Virus record (IMG/VR): IMGVR_UViG_3300033067_000713
Location: 1-64,000 of that record
Strand: one strand, 5' to 3'
Source: a virus
Length of the DNA stretch: 64,000 nucleotides
Below the pieces are notes generated by a model. That model ran no database searches, had not been told where the DNA came from, and saw nothing but the letters and a program-made list of their open reading frames with translations. Positions 1-8,018 of this stretch are shown piece after piece. A program made the position numbers and the translations under genes. The first letter of the stretch is position 1. Every line of letters starts with the position of its first letter.

Positions 1-48
1 AATGTGGCGTGTGTGAGCCTAAGTATTAACACTTTTTAAACTATAAAC

Positions 49-423
49 ATGAATAAAGAATTAAAATTTAACGAAGAAGTATTTGGGTTTAAACAAGAAC
101 GAGACCCGAATCAAAGACACTTTATTTCTGATAGAAGCTATCAAACAGGAACGATACTTGTGCCATATAAAGGAACTATTGTGGGAATAAGAAATATGTT
201 GAATGGAGATGTTTTTTACACAATAGAGGCTAAAGAAATAAATATTTTTGAAAGAAATTTACCTATAAATAATTGGGAACATTTAAGGCAAATTGAAATA
301 AGTTCTACCGATATTTTCTTTTCTGAAAATGACCTTAAAAAAGGAATAATTAAAAAAGTAGATGAATTTCGTGATTGGGCAAAAATACAATTAGATAAAA
401 TAAACCTTAATAAAACCTCTTAA
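49..423 (+). CDS. hypothetical protein
   Basis: Complete ORF of 124 aa with an A-rich leader and no recognisable motifs. Confidence 0.5.
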   Translation: MNKELKFNEEVFGFKQERDPNQRHFISDRSYQTGTILVPYKGTIVGIRNMLNGDVFYTIEAKEINIFERNLPINNWEHLRQIEISSTDIFFSENDLKKGIIKKVDEFRDWAKIQLDKINLNKTS

Positions 424-647
424 AAATTTGAAAAATTTTATGAAGTGCGTGAGCCATTTTTTGTTTTATTACTTCCAATACTGTGTTAGCAAAGTGCGGA
501 AGGCTTTTGAGCGTAAGCCCGTTTTAATGTTTGCTAACGTTTTGCGGCTTTGCGTTCAGTTTTTGGCTTACTGAATTATTCAAGTTTACCACTAATCTAA
601 ATAGCCAAAAACTGACGCTAAGGTGCTGTTATAGCCAGTAGCGGATT

Positions 648-1103
648 ATGAATAGAAACTTAAATAATAAAACAATGATATTTACAATTGAAGAAATTAA
701 AAACTATTTGCTCACTAAACAAAATTTAGAAGAAACAATAGCTGAAATAACCAATGATGCGATAGTTGGTTGCAATCAATATCCTAAATCAATCCATTTT
801 GAAAGGAATGAGGATAATCTAAAAAAATATGAAATGCAAATTGGTTTGTGGAAACTAAAAGGAGAACAATTGCAATTAAGAAGACAAACCAATGGAACTA
901 AAGGTAAATATTGGATGGCTTTATCTCCAAAATGGATTGATGATAATAAAAAAGAAGCAACCAAAACAGAATATGAAATTAGCTATTGGGTAAATTATGG
1001 AGATAATAATACCTATGGATGGTTCACTGTTGAGCAAATAATTAAATGGCTAACAACACCTGAACTTCAATTGTCGGAACTTGGAGGAACGAAGGAACGG
1101 TAG
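648..1103 (+). CDS. hypothetical protein; the gene is flanked by imperfect inverted repeats
   Basis: ORF of 151 aa. An 18-bp imperfect inverted repeat brackets it: gctgttatagccagtagc at 624-641 and gctattggctataacgg at 1104-1120. Confidence 0.5.
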   Translation: MNRNLNNKTMIFTIEEIKNYLLTKQNLEETIAEITNDAIVGCNQYPKSIHFERNEDNLKKYEMQIGLWKLKGEQLQLRRQTNGTKGKYWMALSPKWIDDNKKEATKTEYEISYWVNYGDNNTYGWFTVEQIIKWLTTPELQLSELGGTKER

Positions 1104-1163
1104 CTATTGGCTATAACGGAACGCAGGTATATTTAGTGCCGACTTTAAAAAAGAAAATATAAC

Positions 1164-1535
1164 ATGAAACAAACAAATAGAAAATCAGATTATGTAACTA
1201 GTTTATTAACTGGTAGAATAGTAGGTAAAGAATTTTTACCAAATACATTGAATCCTTATCCAACATTAAATGAAGTAATGAGAAATAAAGATCTTACTAA
1301 ATATGAAGTTCTTGAAAAAGAAAATTTAGTACCTCCTCTAAAATCAGTAAATTATTCTGAATTTGAAAAAACAGAATTAGAGAAAAAAGCTTTAAAGAAA
1401 GTTAAATCTGATTATAAAAAAACTCTTATTTCTGATAAAGAAAGAAATGAGTTTTTGAAATTATTTAACAATAGATTACCAAGTTGGGGTGATTCATCTA
1501 TTGTTAAAATTAAGTTAAACTTTAAATTAAATTAA
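1164..1535 (+). CDS. hypothetical protein
   Basis: ORF of 123 aa that is rich in Lys and Glu. Confidence 0.5.
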   Translation: MKQTNRKSDYVTSLLTGRIVGKEFLPNTLNPYPTLNEVMRNKDLTKYEVLEKENLVPPLKSVNYSEFEKTELEKKALKKVKSDYKKTLISDKERNEFLKLFNNRLPSWGDSSIVKIKLNFKLN

Positions 1536-1674
1536 TATGAACTTATACTATATAAAAAATCCTAAAGGACAACAAAAACCTATATTGGCTGAATCTCTAT
1601 ATCATGCTATACAAAAATGTGTTGAACAAGATGGATTTTTATATAGTAATAGTGAATATGAAGAAGTTAAAAAA

Positions 1675-1748
1675 GGTTCTGTAGCTCAACTGGATAGAGC
1701 GTAGGTTTTCTAAACCTAAGGTTAGGAGTTCAAGCCTCTTCAGGATCA
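1675..1748 (+). tRNA. tRNA-Arg(TCT)
   Basis: Manual cloverleaf. Acceptor GGTTCTG pairs with CAGGATC (two G-U pairs). D arm GCTC/GAGC. Anticodon stem TAGGT/ACCTA with loop TTTCTAA, giving anticodon TCT. T arm AGGAG-TTCAAGC-CTCTT. Discriminator A. Length 74 nt. Confidence 0.7.
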
Positions 1749-2186
1749 CATAGGGGTAGCTGGGAATGACCTGGAAGAACTATTTATTAATAAGCATGTA
1801 ATGAGATGGTAACTATCATTTAAATCTATGTTATCAAGTCTTAACTGACAAATGTGTAATAACCAACGAAGTAGGTACTGCTGAAGATGTACTTGCTGTT
1901 GTAAAAAGAGCTAACTCAGCAAAAGTTGTGAATTTATTCACTTCACCTGTTTCTAAAACAGAATTGGCAGTAGCAGCCTAATAATTTAGAAAGTTTAGAG
2001 TATTGTACTTAACAATCTGTTGTATTTTGTTATTTTGAGCTATGGTATTGCCAAAAAATAACTATTTTGTATTAAAAGAAAATAATACTAAACATGTAGA
2101 AAATTAATAATAGCTTACAGGATACGGCGGTTCAACTCCGCCCTACTCCACAATATTTTCTTATTTTTTTTATAAAAATAAGTGAT

Positions 2187-2258
2187 TAGGTATAAGTTTG
2201 TATAGAGGAACAGCACACTGATAAAGTGCAGGTGTTGGTGCAAGTCCAACATACCTAA
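2187..2258 (+). tRNA. atypical tRNA, anticodon GAT (Ile) by best fold
   Basis: Perfect 7-bp acceptor TAGGTAT/ATACCTA. D stem GTTT/GAAC. Anticodon stem GCAC(A)/(A)GTGC with loop CTGATAA. T stem GTTGG/CCAAC with a non-canonical T loop TGCAAGT. Discriminator A. There is one mismatch in the anticodon stem and the T loop is unusual, so confidence is moderate. Confidence 0.4.
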
Positions 2259-2598
2259 CAAATTACAATTATTCCTAGATATAGGTGAGCAATAATCATT
2301 CAAAGAGAAAATGCATGAAAGTGATTATATCATGTACAGATATGTAAAAAGCTACTCTAATAATTGTAATCTCTAAATCCTAAAGTAACTTTTGTGATAT
2401 TAGGTAGTTTTCTTTGTTATCTTATAAACAAAGTGGTGGACATGTAAACCAGTGGTTATGTGGCTCATAAGTAGTAGGTTTGAAAGTAAAACTTGAGATA
2501 TAACAGGTTACTTCCTACTACTTATTTAAATGAAATATTATCAACATAATATATAAATACTACGTTTGGTTTGTGTGTAGTGTGTAGTGTGGTTAGTT

Positions 2599-2632
2599 AA
2601 AGAGAGGATTAATTTCCTCTCTTTTTCTTTTT
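2599..2632 (+). terminator. rho-independent terminator after the tRNA region
   Basis: Stem AGAGAGGA (2601-2608), loop TTAATT, stem TCCTCTCT (2615-2622), followed by TTTTCTTTTT. Confidence 0.6.
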
Positions 2633-2662
2633 AATTAATTAATAATAAAATAAATAAAATTT

Positions 2663-2884
2663 ATGAGTACTTTTTTAATAGCAATAACTATTTGGTTATT
2701 AGTTAGTTTAACAAACATTATTATCTTCAGGAAACAAATATTTTTAAAAGAATTAACATTAGTAAACAAAATAACTGGTATCTTTGTAATCTTGGTTTTA
2801 GGACCAATTTTTATACCTATATTTTTATTAATTATTAAATCAATACAAAATATACACTTTGAAGATGAAGAACATCTAAAGTAA
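2663..2884 (+). CDS. small membrane protein (two predicted transmembrane helices)
   Basis: ORF of 73 aa with two long hydrophobic stretches (IAITIWLLVSL and GIFVILVLGPIFIPIFLLII). It starts just after a terminator. Confidence 0.35.
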   Translation: MSTFLIAITIWLLVSLTNIIIFRKQIFLKELTLVNKITGIFVILVLGPIFIPIFLLIIKSIQNIHFEDEEHLK

Positions 2885-3031
2885 TTTAACTTTGATACAG
2901 AATTATAGTTTTTAAATAAAAATTAAACCTATTGTGGCGGTGGGAATCCGCCCTTTAGATGTTTATTAAAATATGAATGATTAATAGATTATATATAATT
3001 GTATTCCCAGATACAATAAAAACAAAACAAA

Positions 3032-3376
3032 ATGAAGTTTAAAGTAGGTGATTTAATTACTGGAACAGATAAAGCTTTAAGTAATTTTCAAGATATTGAT
3101 TTATCTGATCAAGCTGTTTTAGAAGTAACAGAAGTTGATGATGATGAATATTATTGTATAATTATTTCTAACCAAATTGATGATTCTAATGTAGGAGAAA
3201 CTGTTACGTTTTATGACTCTGATGAAAGATTCTTTGTTCATATAACACCAGAAGTATCTACTAAATATCATGTAGATTTAGGTACTTTTTCAGTAAATGA
3301 ATTTAAAAAACATCAAGAAAATACTAGTTCAGGATTATCTAGAGCTAAACTCTTAAAGGCTAAGGGTTTATTATAA
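3032..3376 (+). CDS. hypothetical protein
   Basis: Acidic ORF of 114 aa. Confidence 0.5.
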   Translation: MKFKVGDLITGTDKALSNFQDIDLSDQAVLEVTEVDDDEYYCIIISNQIDDSNVGETVTFYDSDERFFVHITPEVSTKYHVDLGTFSVNEFKKHQENTSSGLSRAKLLKAKGLL

Positions 3377-3412
3377 AATAATCTAAATTTTTAACAAAAC
3401 AAAATACAAAAA

Positions 3413-3691
3413 ATGGCAACATTATTAGAATTAGCAACAGCAGAATTAGGTAAAACACCAGAACAAAAAGCATTAGCTGCTTTATCAGAAAAAGTAGAAG
3501 ATAATAAAGTAGCATTTATTACTGATTTACATCATGCAAAGAAAGCAGTTAGTGCTGCTGAAAAAGTAGTCAATTATTTAGCTTCAAATCCAAGTGCATC
3601 TGCACGTCAAATTATTGATGCTGATGATGATTTTGCTGTAGCTAAAAAAGAAGTAGAGCAGATTAATGCTATTATGGCATCAAGATTCTAA
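3413..3691 (+). CDS. hypothetical small acidic, Ala-rich all-helical protein
   Basis: ORF of 92 aa. Its Ala/Glu/Lys-rich composition is atypical for this genome. Confidence 0.5.
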   Translation: MATLLELATAELGKTPEQKALAALSEKVEDNKVAFITDLHHAKKAVSAAEKVVNYLASNPSASARQIIDADDDFAVAKKEVEQINAIMASRF

Positions 3692-3740
3692 TTATTTAAA
3701 TATATAAATGGCGGAGTTAATAGCTCCGCCTATTTCTATT

Positions 3741-3980
3741 ATGAAAGAAAGAATTAAACAACTTATTATATCTAGATTAAATAGTACAGGATTAAATATT
3801 ATAGATTATCTTATAATTTATATATATTATAAAACAATGAAAGATGTTAAAATTACTTTAACACCAAATGATTTTCATAAACATTTAGATTTTTTAACTT
3901 ATAATGAACAATATGTAAAACAAGAATTTGAAATAAATTTATTATCTGATAAATATGGTCAACCTATATTATATTTATAA
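3741..3980 (+). CDS. hypothetical protein (the track ORF starts at 3708; the start is more likely the ATG at 3741)
   Basis: The 3708 ATG lies inside a GC-rich hairpin (GGCGGAG-TTAATAG-CTCCGCC, 3710-3730) that looks like the terminator of the upstream gene. The next in-frame ATG at 3741 is followed by MKERIKQL. Confidence 0.45.
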   Translation: MKERIKQLIISRLNSTGLNIIDYLIIYIYYKTMKDVKITLTPNDFHKHLDFLTYNEQYVKQEFEINLLSDKYGQPILYL

Positions 3981-4008
3981 TGATTTATTTTTTTTAACTT
4001 TCTTTTAA

Positions 4009-5919
4009 ATGATATACACAATAGGATGTCCTAGATTAATTACTACACAACAGTTTACAGAAGTAACAGTTGCATATTGTTTAGATTATTTTAAAAATCA
4101 TAAAAGTGTTCAATTAGATACTGAAACAAAAGGTAAAGATCCACATACTAAAAAGATATTAAGTTTACAACTAGGAGATTCTGATAATCAATTTGTAATT
4201 GATGTTAGAAGAATAAACATATTATTATTTAAAGAATTAATAGAAAGTAAAATAATTATAGGTCATAATTTAAAGTTTGATTATAAATTTTTAAAGAAAG
4301 CTGGTATAGTATTAAACAACTGTTGGGATACAATGCTTGCAGAATGTGTATTATATTGTGGTTATGAAAAATATGGATATGGCTTAGCTGCTGTAGCTCA
4401 AAGATATTTAAATATTACATTAGATAAATCTGTTAGAGGAGAATTTTTTAAATTAATAGATGAGCCTTTTAATGATGACCAAATATTATATGCTTCTAAA
4501 GATGTTAAATATTTAAATTTAATAGCTGAAAAACAATATCATAAGATTATAGAATTAGATTTATTATATTGTATTAATCTTGAAAATGAAGTATTAAAAG
4601 CTTTAGGAGATATAGAATATAATGGTATGATACTTAATAAAGAAAAATGGTTAGCTAATACTAATAAATTTAAAGAAGAGTTAGAAATAATAACTCAAAC
4701 TTTAGATAATATTGTAGAATCTGAACCTAAATTAAGTAAATATATTCCTAAATATATACAAAGTAATTTATTTGATTTTGAAGAAAGAAAATTAAAAATA
4801 AATTATTCTTCACCTTTACAAATTTATAAAATATGTAAAGATTTAGGATTTAATCCAGAATCTACTAATGATAGAGAATTAACTAAATTAGTTGATAAAC
4901 ATAAATTTTTTACTGTTTTACAAGATTATAGAGAAAAAGCTAAAATTATAAGTACTTATGGTGAAGGATTTTTAGAATATATTAATAAAACTACAGGAAA
5001 GGTTCATACATCTTTTTGGCAAGTATTAAATACAGGAAGAGTATCATCTGGTTCTAAAGATGATAATGCTCCTAATTTACAAAATATACCTGCTAAAAAT
5101 ATATTTAGAAATTGTTTTGAAGCTAGACCAAGATTTTTATGGGTTTCTATAGATTATAGTGGTCAAGAATTAAATTTAATGGCTGATGGTTCAGGAGAAG
5201 AAGGTTTTATAGATGTATTAAATAGAGGAGAAGATCTTCATTGTTATGCTGGTAGTATGATGTTTAAGAAAACTATTACTAAAGCTGATAAAGATTTAAG
5301 AAATAAAGCTAAAACTATTAATTTTGGTAAACCTTATGGAATGGGACCACCTAAATTAGCTGATACATTAAGTATTAGTATAGAAGAATCTGAACAATTA
5401 TTTAAAGAATATGCTGAAGCTTTTCCTAAATTAAATAAATGGTTGGAAAAACAAAGTAAATTTGCTAAAGAAAAAGGTTATTCAATGACTTTTGCTCCTT
5501 GTAAAAGAAAAAGATTTTATCCAGAAATAAATAAAGCTAAAGAATTAAGAGAAAAAGCTTCTAATTATATTAAAGGTTCTCCAGAATCTAAAGAATTATG
5601 GAAAGAAATATTTAAAATAGAAGGTCAAACTGAAAGAAATGGTGGTAATCAACCAATACAAGGTTCTGGTGCTGATATTACTAAAGAAGCTTTAGTAGAA
5701 GTTAGAAAACTTATTATAGAATATAATAAAGAATATAAAGAAGAAGTAGCATTTTTAATTTGTACTGTTCATGATGCTATTGATGTAGAAGTTAGAGAAG
5801 ATTTAGCTTTAGAATTTTCTAAGGAAATGGAACAAATAATGATAAATTGTGGTAATAAATATGTATCTAAAGTACAAATGAAAGTGGATACTACTATTAC
5901 TAAAGAGTGGATGAAATAG
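4009..5919 (+). CDS. DNA polymerase, family A (PolA-type) with 3'-5' proofreading exonuclease
   Basis: Exo I motif DTETKG and Exo III-like YASKD in the N-terminal part. Pol motif A DYSGQELNLMA, motif B RNKAKTINFGKPYGMG and motif C VHDAI. Confidence 0.85.
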   Translation: MIYTIGCPRLITTQQFTEVTVAYCLDYFKNHKSVQLDTETKGKDPHTKKILSLQLGDSDNQFVIDVRRINILLFKELIESKIIIGHNLKFDYKFLKKAGIVLNNCWDTMLAECVLYCGYEKYGYGLAAVAQRYLNITLDKSVRGEFFKLIDEPFNDDQILYASKDVKYLNLIAEKQYHKIIELDLLYCINLENEVLKALGDIEYNGMILNKEKWLANTNKFKEELEIITQTLDNIVESEPKLSKYIPKYIQSNLFDFEERKLKINYSSPLQIYKICKDLGFNPESTNDRELTKLVDKHKFFTVLQDYREKAKIISTYGEGFLEYINKTTGKVHTSFWQVLNTGRVSSGSKDDNAPNLQNIPAKNIFRNCFEARPRFLWVSIDYSGQELNLMADGSGEEGFIDVLNRGEDLHCYAGSMMFKKTITKADKDLRNKAKTINFGKPYGMGPPKLADTLSISIEESEQLFKEYAEAFPKLNKWLEKQSKFAKEKGYSMTFAPCKRKRFYPEINKAKELREKASNYIKGSPESKELWKEIFKIEGQTERNGGNQPIQGSGADITKEALVEVRKLIIEYNKEYKEEVAFLICTVHDAIDVEVREDLALEFSKEMEQIMINCGNKYVSKVQMKVDTTITKEWMK

Positions 5920-5935
5920 TTTAAAAATAATTATT

Positions 5936-6178
5936 ATGGAAAAAACAATTAAAAAAGTAGCACATATTTCAGATGAAAAATTATCTATAATGTTAAAATT
6001 TGTTACAGATAAACATCCTGAAGCTAAAAATAACTTTATGTTATTATCTTTAAAAATTCAAGAAAATTTTAATACATATTGTCCTTGTGGAAGAATAGAG
6101 GAATATATAGCTAAAATTTCTTTTATTGAAGATTTTGAATTAGAAGGAAGGAAAATAGAATATGGTCATAGAATGTAA
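5936..6178 (+). CDS. hypothetical protein
   Basis: ORF of 80 aa containing a C-x-C pair. Confidence 0.45.
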   Translation: MEKTIKKVAHISDEKLSIMLKFVTDKHPEAKNNFMLLSLKIQENFNTYCPCGRIEEYIAKISFIEDFELEGRKIEYGHRM

Positions 6179-6725
6179 TATTGATGAGTTAAATAAAGTA
6201 GGATTATCTCCTACTACTTATTGTTATCTTTATTATCTTTTTAAGAAACAAGTATATCCATTTGCAACTAGTATTCCAATATCTGTTATAAATAGTTTAG
6301 TTAAAGATGAATGGTTAATCAATCAAGAAGAACCAATTATAACTGAGAAATTTAGATTATTTATAGGAGAAAGAGAAAATACTAAAGATGTTAGTAAATG
6401 GATAGATGAATATAATCAATTATTTCCTACTGGTATTAGTAATGGTGGAAGACCTATAAGATCTAGTAGAACTAATTGTATTAAGAAAATGAATGCTTTT
6501 ATTAATGAGCATAAAAAGATTACTAAAGAAGATATAATTGAAGCAACTACTATTTATTTAAGAAAAAAAGCAAAAGAAAATTATGCTTATACAGTTAGTT
6601 CTGATTATTTTATATCTAAAGATGGTAATTCTTTATTATTATCTATAATAGAAGATAGTTCTGCAAGAGAATCTTACAGACAAAATAAAGAAGCAGGTGG
6701 AAGTGTTTTTCATAAACAAGTATAA
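6162..6725 (+). CDS. hypothetical protein
   Basis: ORF of 187 aa. Its stop overlaps the next start in a TAATG arrangement. Confidence 0.5.
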   Translation: MVIECNIDELNKVGLSPTTYCYLYYLFKKQVYPFATSIPISVINSLVKDEWLINQEEPIITEKFRLFIGERENTKDVSKWIDEYNQLFPTGISNGGRPIRSSRTNCIKKMNAFINEHKKITKEDIIEATTIYLRKKAKENYAYTVSSDYFISKDGNSLLLSIIEDSSARESYRQNKEAGGSVFHKQV

Positions 6726-6889
6726 TGAGTGAAGAAATAGTAAAAAGTAATAAGTTTGATAGTATTTTAAAATCAATTGATAACGGTAGAGCAGGTAATA
6801 ATAAAGGGATTCCAATATCATTTAACAGACTTAGACAATTTTTACCTAATATTCAGCAGAGTACATATTACTTATGCGGAGCGGGTACT
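6725..6889 (+). CDS. DnaB-family replicative helicase, exon 1 (N-terminal part up to the first half of Walker A)
   Basis: The translation ...KGIPISFNRLRQFLPNIQQSTYYLCGAGT aligns with the DnaB segment GVxTGFxxLDxxTxGLQPSDLIIVAARP that immediately precedes the P-loop. The reading frame runs into a stop at 6896 unless it is spliced. The 3' boundary is inferred. Confidence 0.5.
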
Positions 6890-6947
6890 AAGATTTAAAA
6901 ACAAAAAAGTATTTTATTTTGTGTTTGCTTTATTCAAATAATATTAT

Positions 6948-6955
6948 TATCTTTG
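6948..6955 (+). promoter_or_regulatory. Bacteroidota-type -7-like element TATCTTTG upstream of the GIY-YIG endonuclease gene
   Basis: TAnnTTTG consensus about 15 nt upstream of the ATG at 6970. The same TATCTTTGT word is reused upstream of the LAGLIDADG gene. Confidence 0.35.
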
Positions 6956-6969
6956 TATAAAATAATATT

Positions 6970-7794
6970 ATGAAATTAAGGCAAACTTGGAATAAAAAAA
7001 TAGGTATTTATTGTATAAAAAATAGTATTACAAATAAAAATTATGTTGGAAGTTCTATAAATATACTTGGAAGATTATATAAACATAGAGCTTTATTAAG
7101 ACATAACAAACATCAAAATAGTTATTTACAAAATTCTTGGAATAAATATAGTGAAGAATATTTTACTTGTTTTATTTTAGAAATTTGTAATATTGATGAA
7201 TTAATTGTAAAAGAACAATTTTGGATTGATAAATTAGGAGATTATAATTTAACTAAAGAAGTTATAAGATTAAAGTTATCAGATGAATCTAAACAAAAAA
7301 TGTCTTTTACAAGAAAAAATAAAATTGCATCTGGTGAAATACCTAAGTATGGAAGTAAAAAAATTAAAAAATATTTAAAAAATGGTGAATTTATTAAAGA
7401 ATACAATTCTATAACTGATGCTAGTAATGATAGTAATATTTCTACTTGTCAAATAAGTAGAGTATTAAAAAAAAGACATATTACAGCAGGAGGTTATCAA
7501 TGGAAATATTCAACTGATAATTCAGAAATTAAAATTTATAATGGTAGAGATCATAAAAAAGAAGCTTTAAAACGTAGAAAAGCTTTATTAGTTTTAGATA
7601 CTTATACTGGTATTTATTATAATTTTAATTCTTATAAAGAAACAGAACAATTTTTTAATGTAAAATTTCAAACAATATCAAGAGCAATTAAAAATACTAG
7701 AAATTTATACAAAAATAGATATTTAATACAACCAGATCTTATAAAACAGGAAGAATTGCTGGAAACTCCTAAAGCTTTATTAACTACAACATAA
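6970..7794 (+). CDS. GIY-YIG homing endonuclease (Seg/I-TevI-like) with a C-terminal NUMOD/IENR-type DNA-binding region
   Basis: N-terminal GIYCIKN...YVGSS...R...H...N motif set. C-terminal region ...ISTCQISRVLKKRHITAGGYQWKYS. A TATCTTTG -7-like motif (6948-6955) precedes it. Confidence 0.85.
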   Translation: MKLRQTWNKKIGIYCIKNSITNKNYVGSSINILGRLYKHRALLRHNKHQNSYLQNSWNKYSEEYFTCFILEICNIDELIVKEQFWIDKLGDYNLTKEVIRLKLSDESKQKMSFTRKNKIASGEIPKYGSKKIKKYLKNGEFIKEYNSITDASNDSNISTCQISRVLKKRHITAGGYQWKYSTDNSEIKIYNGRDHKKEALKRRKALLVLDTYTGIYYNFNSYKETEQFFNVKFQTISRAIKNTRNLYKNRYLIQPDLIKQEELLETPKALLTTT

Positions 7795-8018
7795 TCTGTA
7801 AAGATAAGTGTGAATGTTTGAAAATAATAAAGATGGCTAATGGACAATCAGCAGCCGAGCATCTTAGGAATGAGATGAAGGTTCAACGACTAATAGCATA
7901 CTACCAGAACGGTAATGAAGCTAACACGAGCATCCTGCACTAGAAATAGTGATGATATAGTCTAATCTATATGGAAACACATAGAATACTAAGATAAATA
8001 GCTTAGTAGTTAATATAA

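Larger units (their letters stand above)
6890..8018 (+). mobile_element. group I self-splicing intron (about 1.1 kb) carrying a GIY-YIG homing endonuclease ORF; boundaries approximate
   Basis: The GC-richer segment at 7800-8018 contains group I core elements. These are a Q-like AATCAGCAGCC (7846-7856), an R-like GTTCAACGACTAATAG (7881-7896) and an S-like GATATAGTCTAA (7954-7965), where GACTA/TAGTC would form P7. The segment separates two in-phase pieces of a DnaB-like helicase, and the intron length is compatible with frame continuity. Confidence 0.6.

Noticed and set aside
776-964. Antisense or embedded small ORFs from the six-frame track (776-964-, 2115-2303-, 6639-6821-, 9520-9714-, 12709-12900-, 19398-19592-, 20447-20641-, 26078-26329-, 38986-39219+, 41231-41428+, 45229-45411+, 59442-59630+, 60571-60774+, 63283-63552+).
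   Set aside because: Each lies wholly inside a longer, motif-supported or operon-consistent ORF on the opposite strand. Their products are low-complexity Ile/Phe/Leu-rich peptides of the kind produced by reading AT-rich DNA in the wrong frame.
1753-2152. Possible intron-containing tRNA: GGGGTAG at 1753-1759 can pair (with one G-U) with the CTACTCC acceptor strand of the tRNA 3'-half-like fragment at 2143-2149.
   Set aside because: No D arm or anticodon arm can be folded after the 5' candidate. A 7-mer complement with wobble pairs is expected by chance in 400 nt of sequence.
2192-2199. The TAAGTTTG word inside the putative tRNA at 2187-2258 matches the Bacteroidota -7 promoter consensus, which would argue that this region is a promoter rather than a tRNA.
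   Set aside because: It cannot be decided by eye. The perfect 7-bp acceptor stem and T stem favour a tRNA-like gene. The tRNA call is kept at low confidence and the conflict is flagged.
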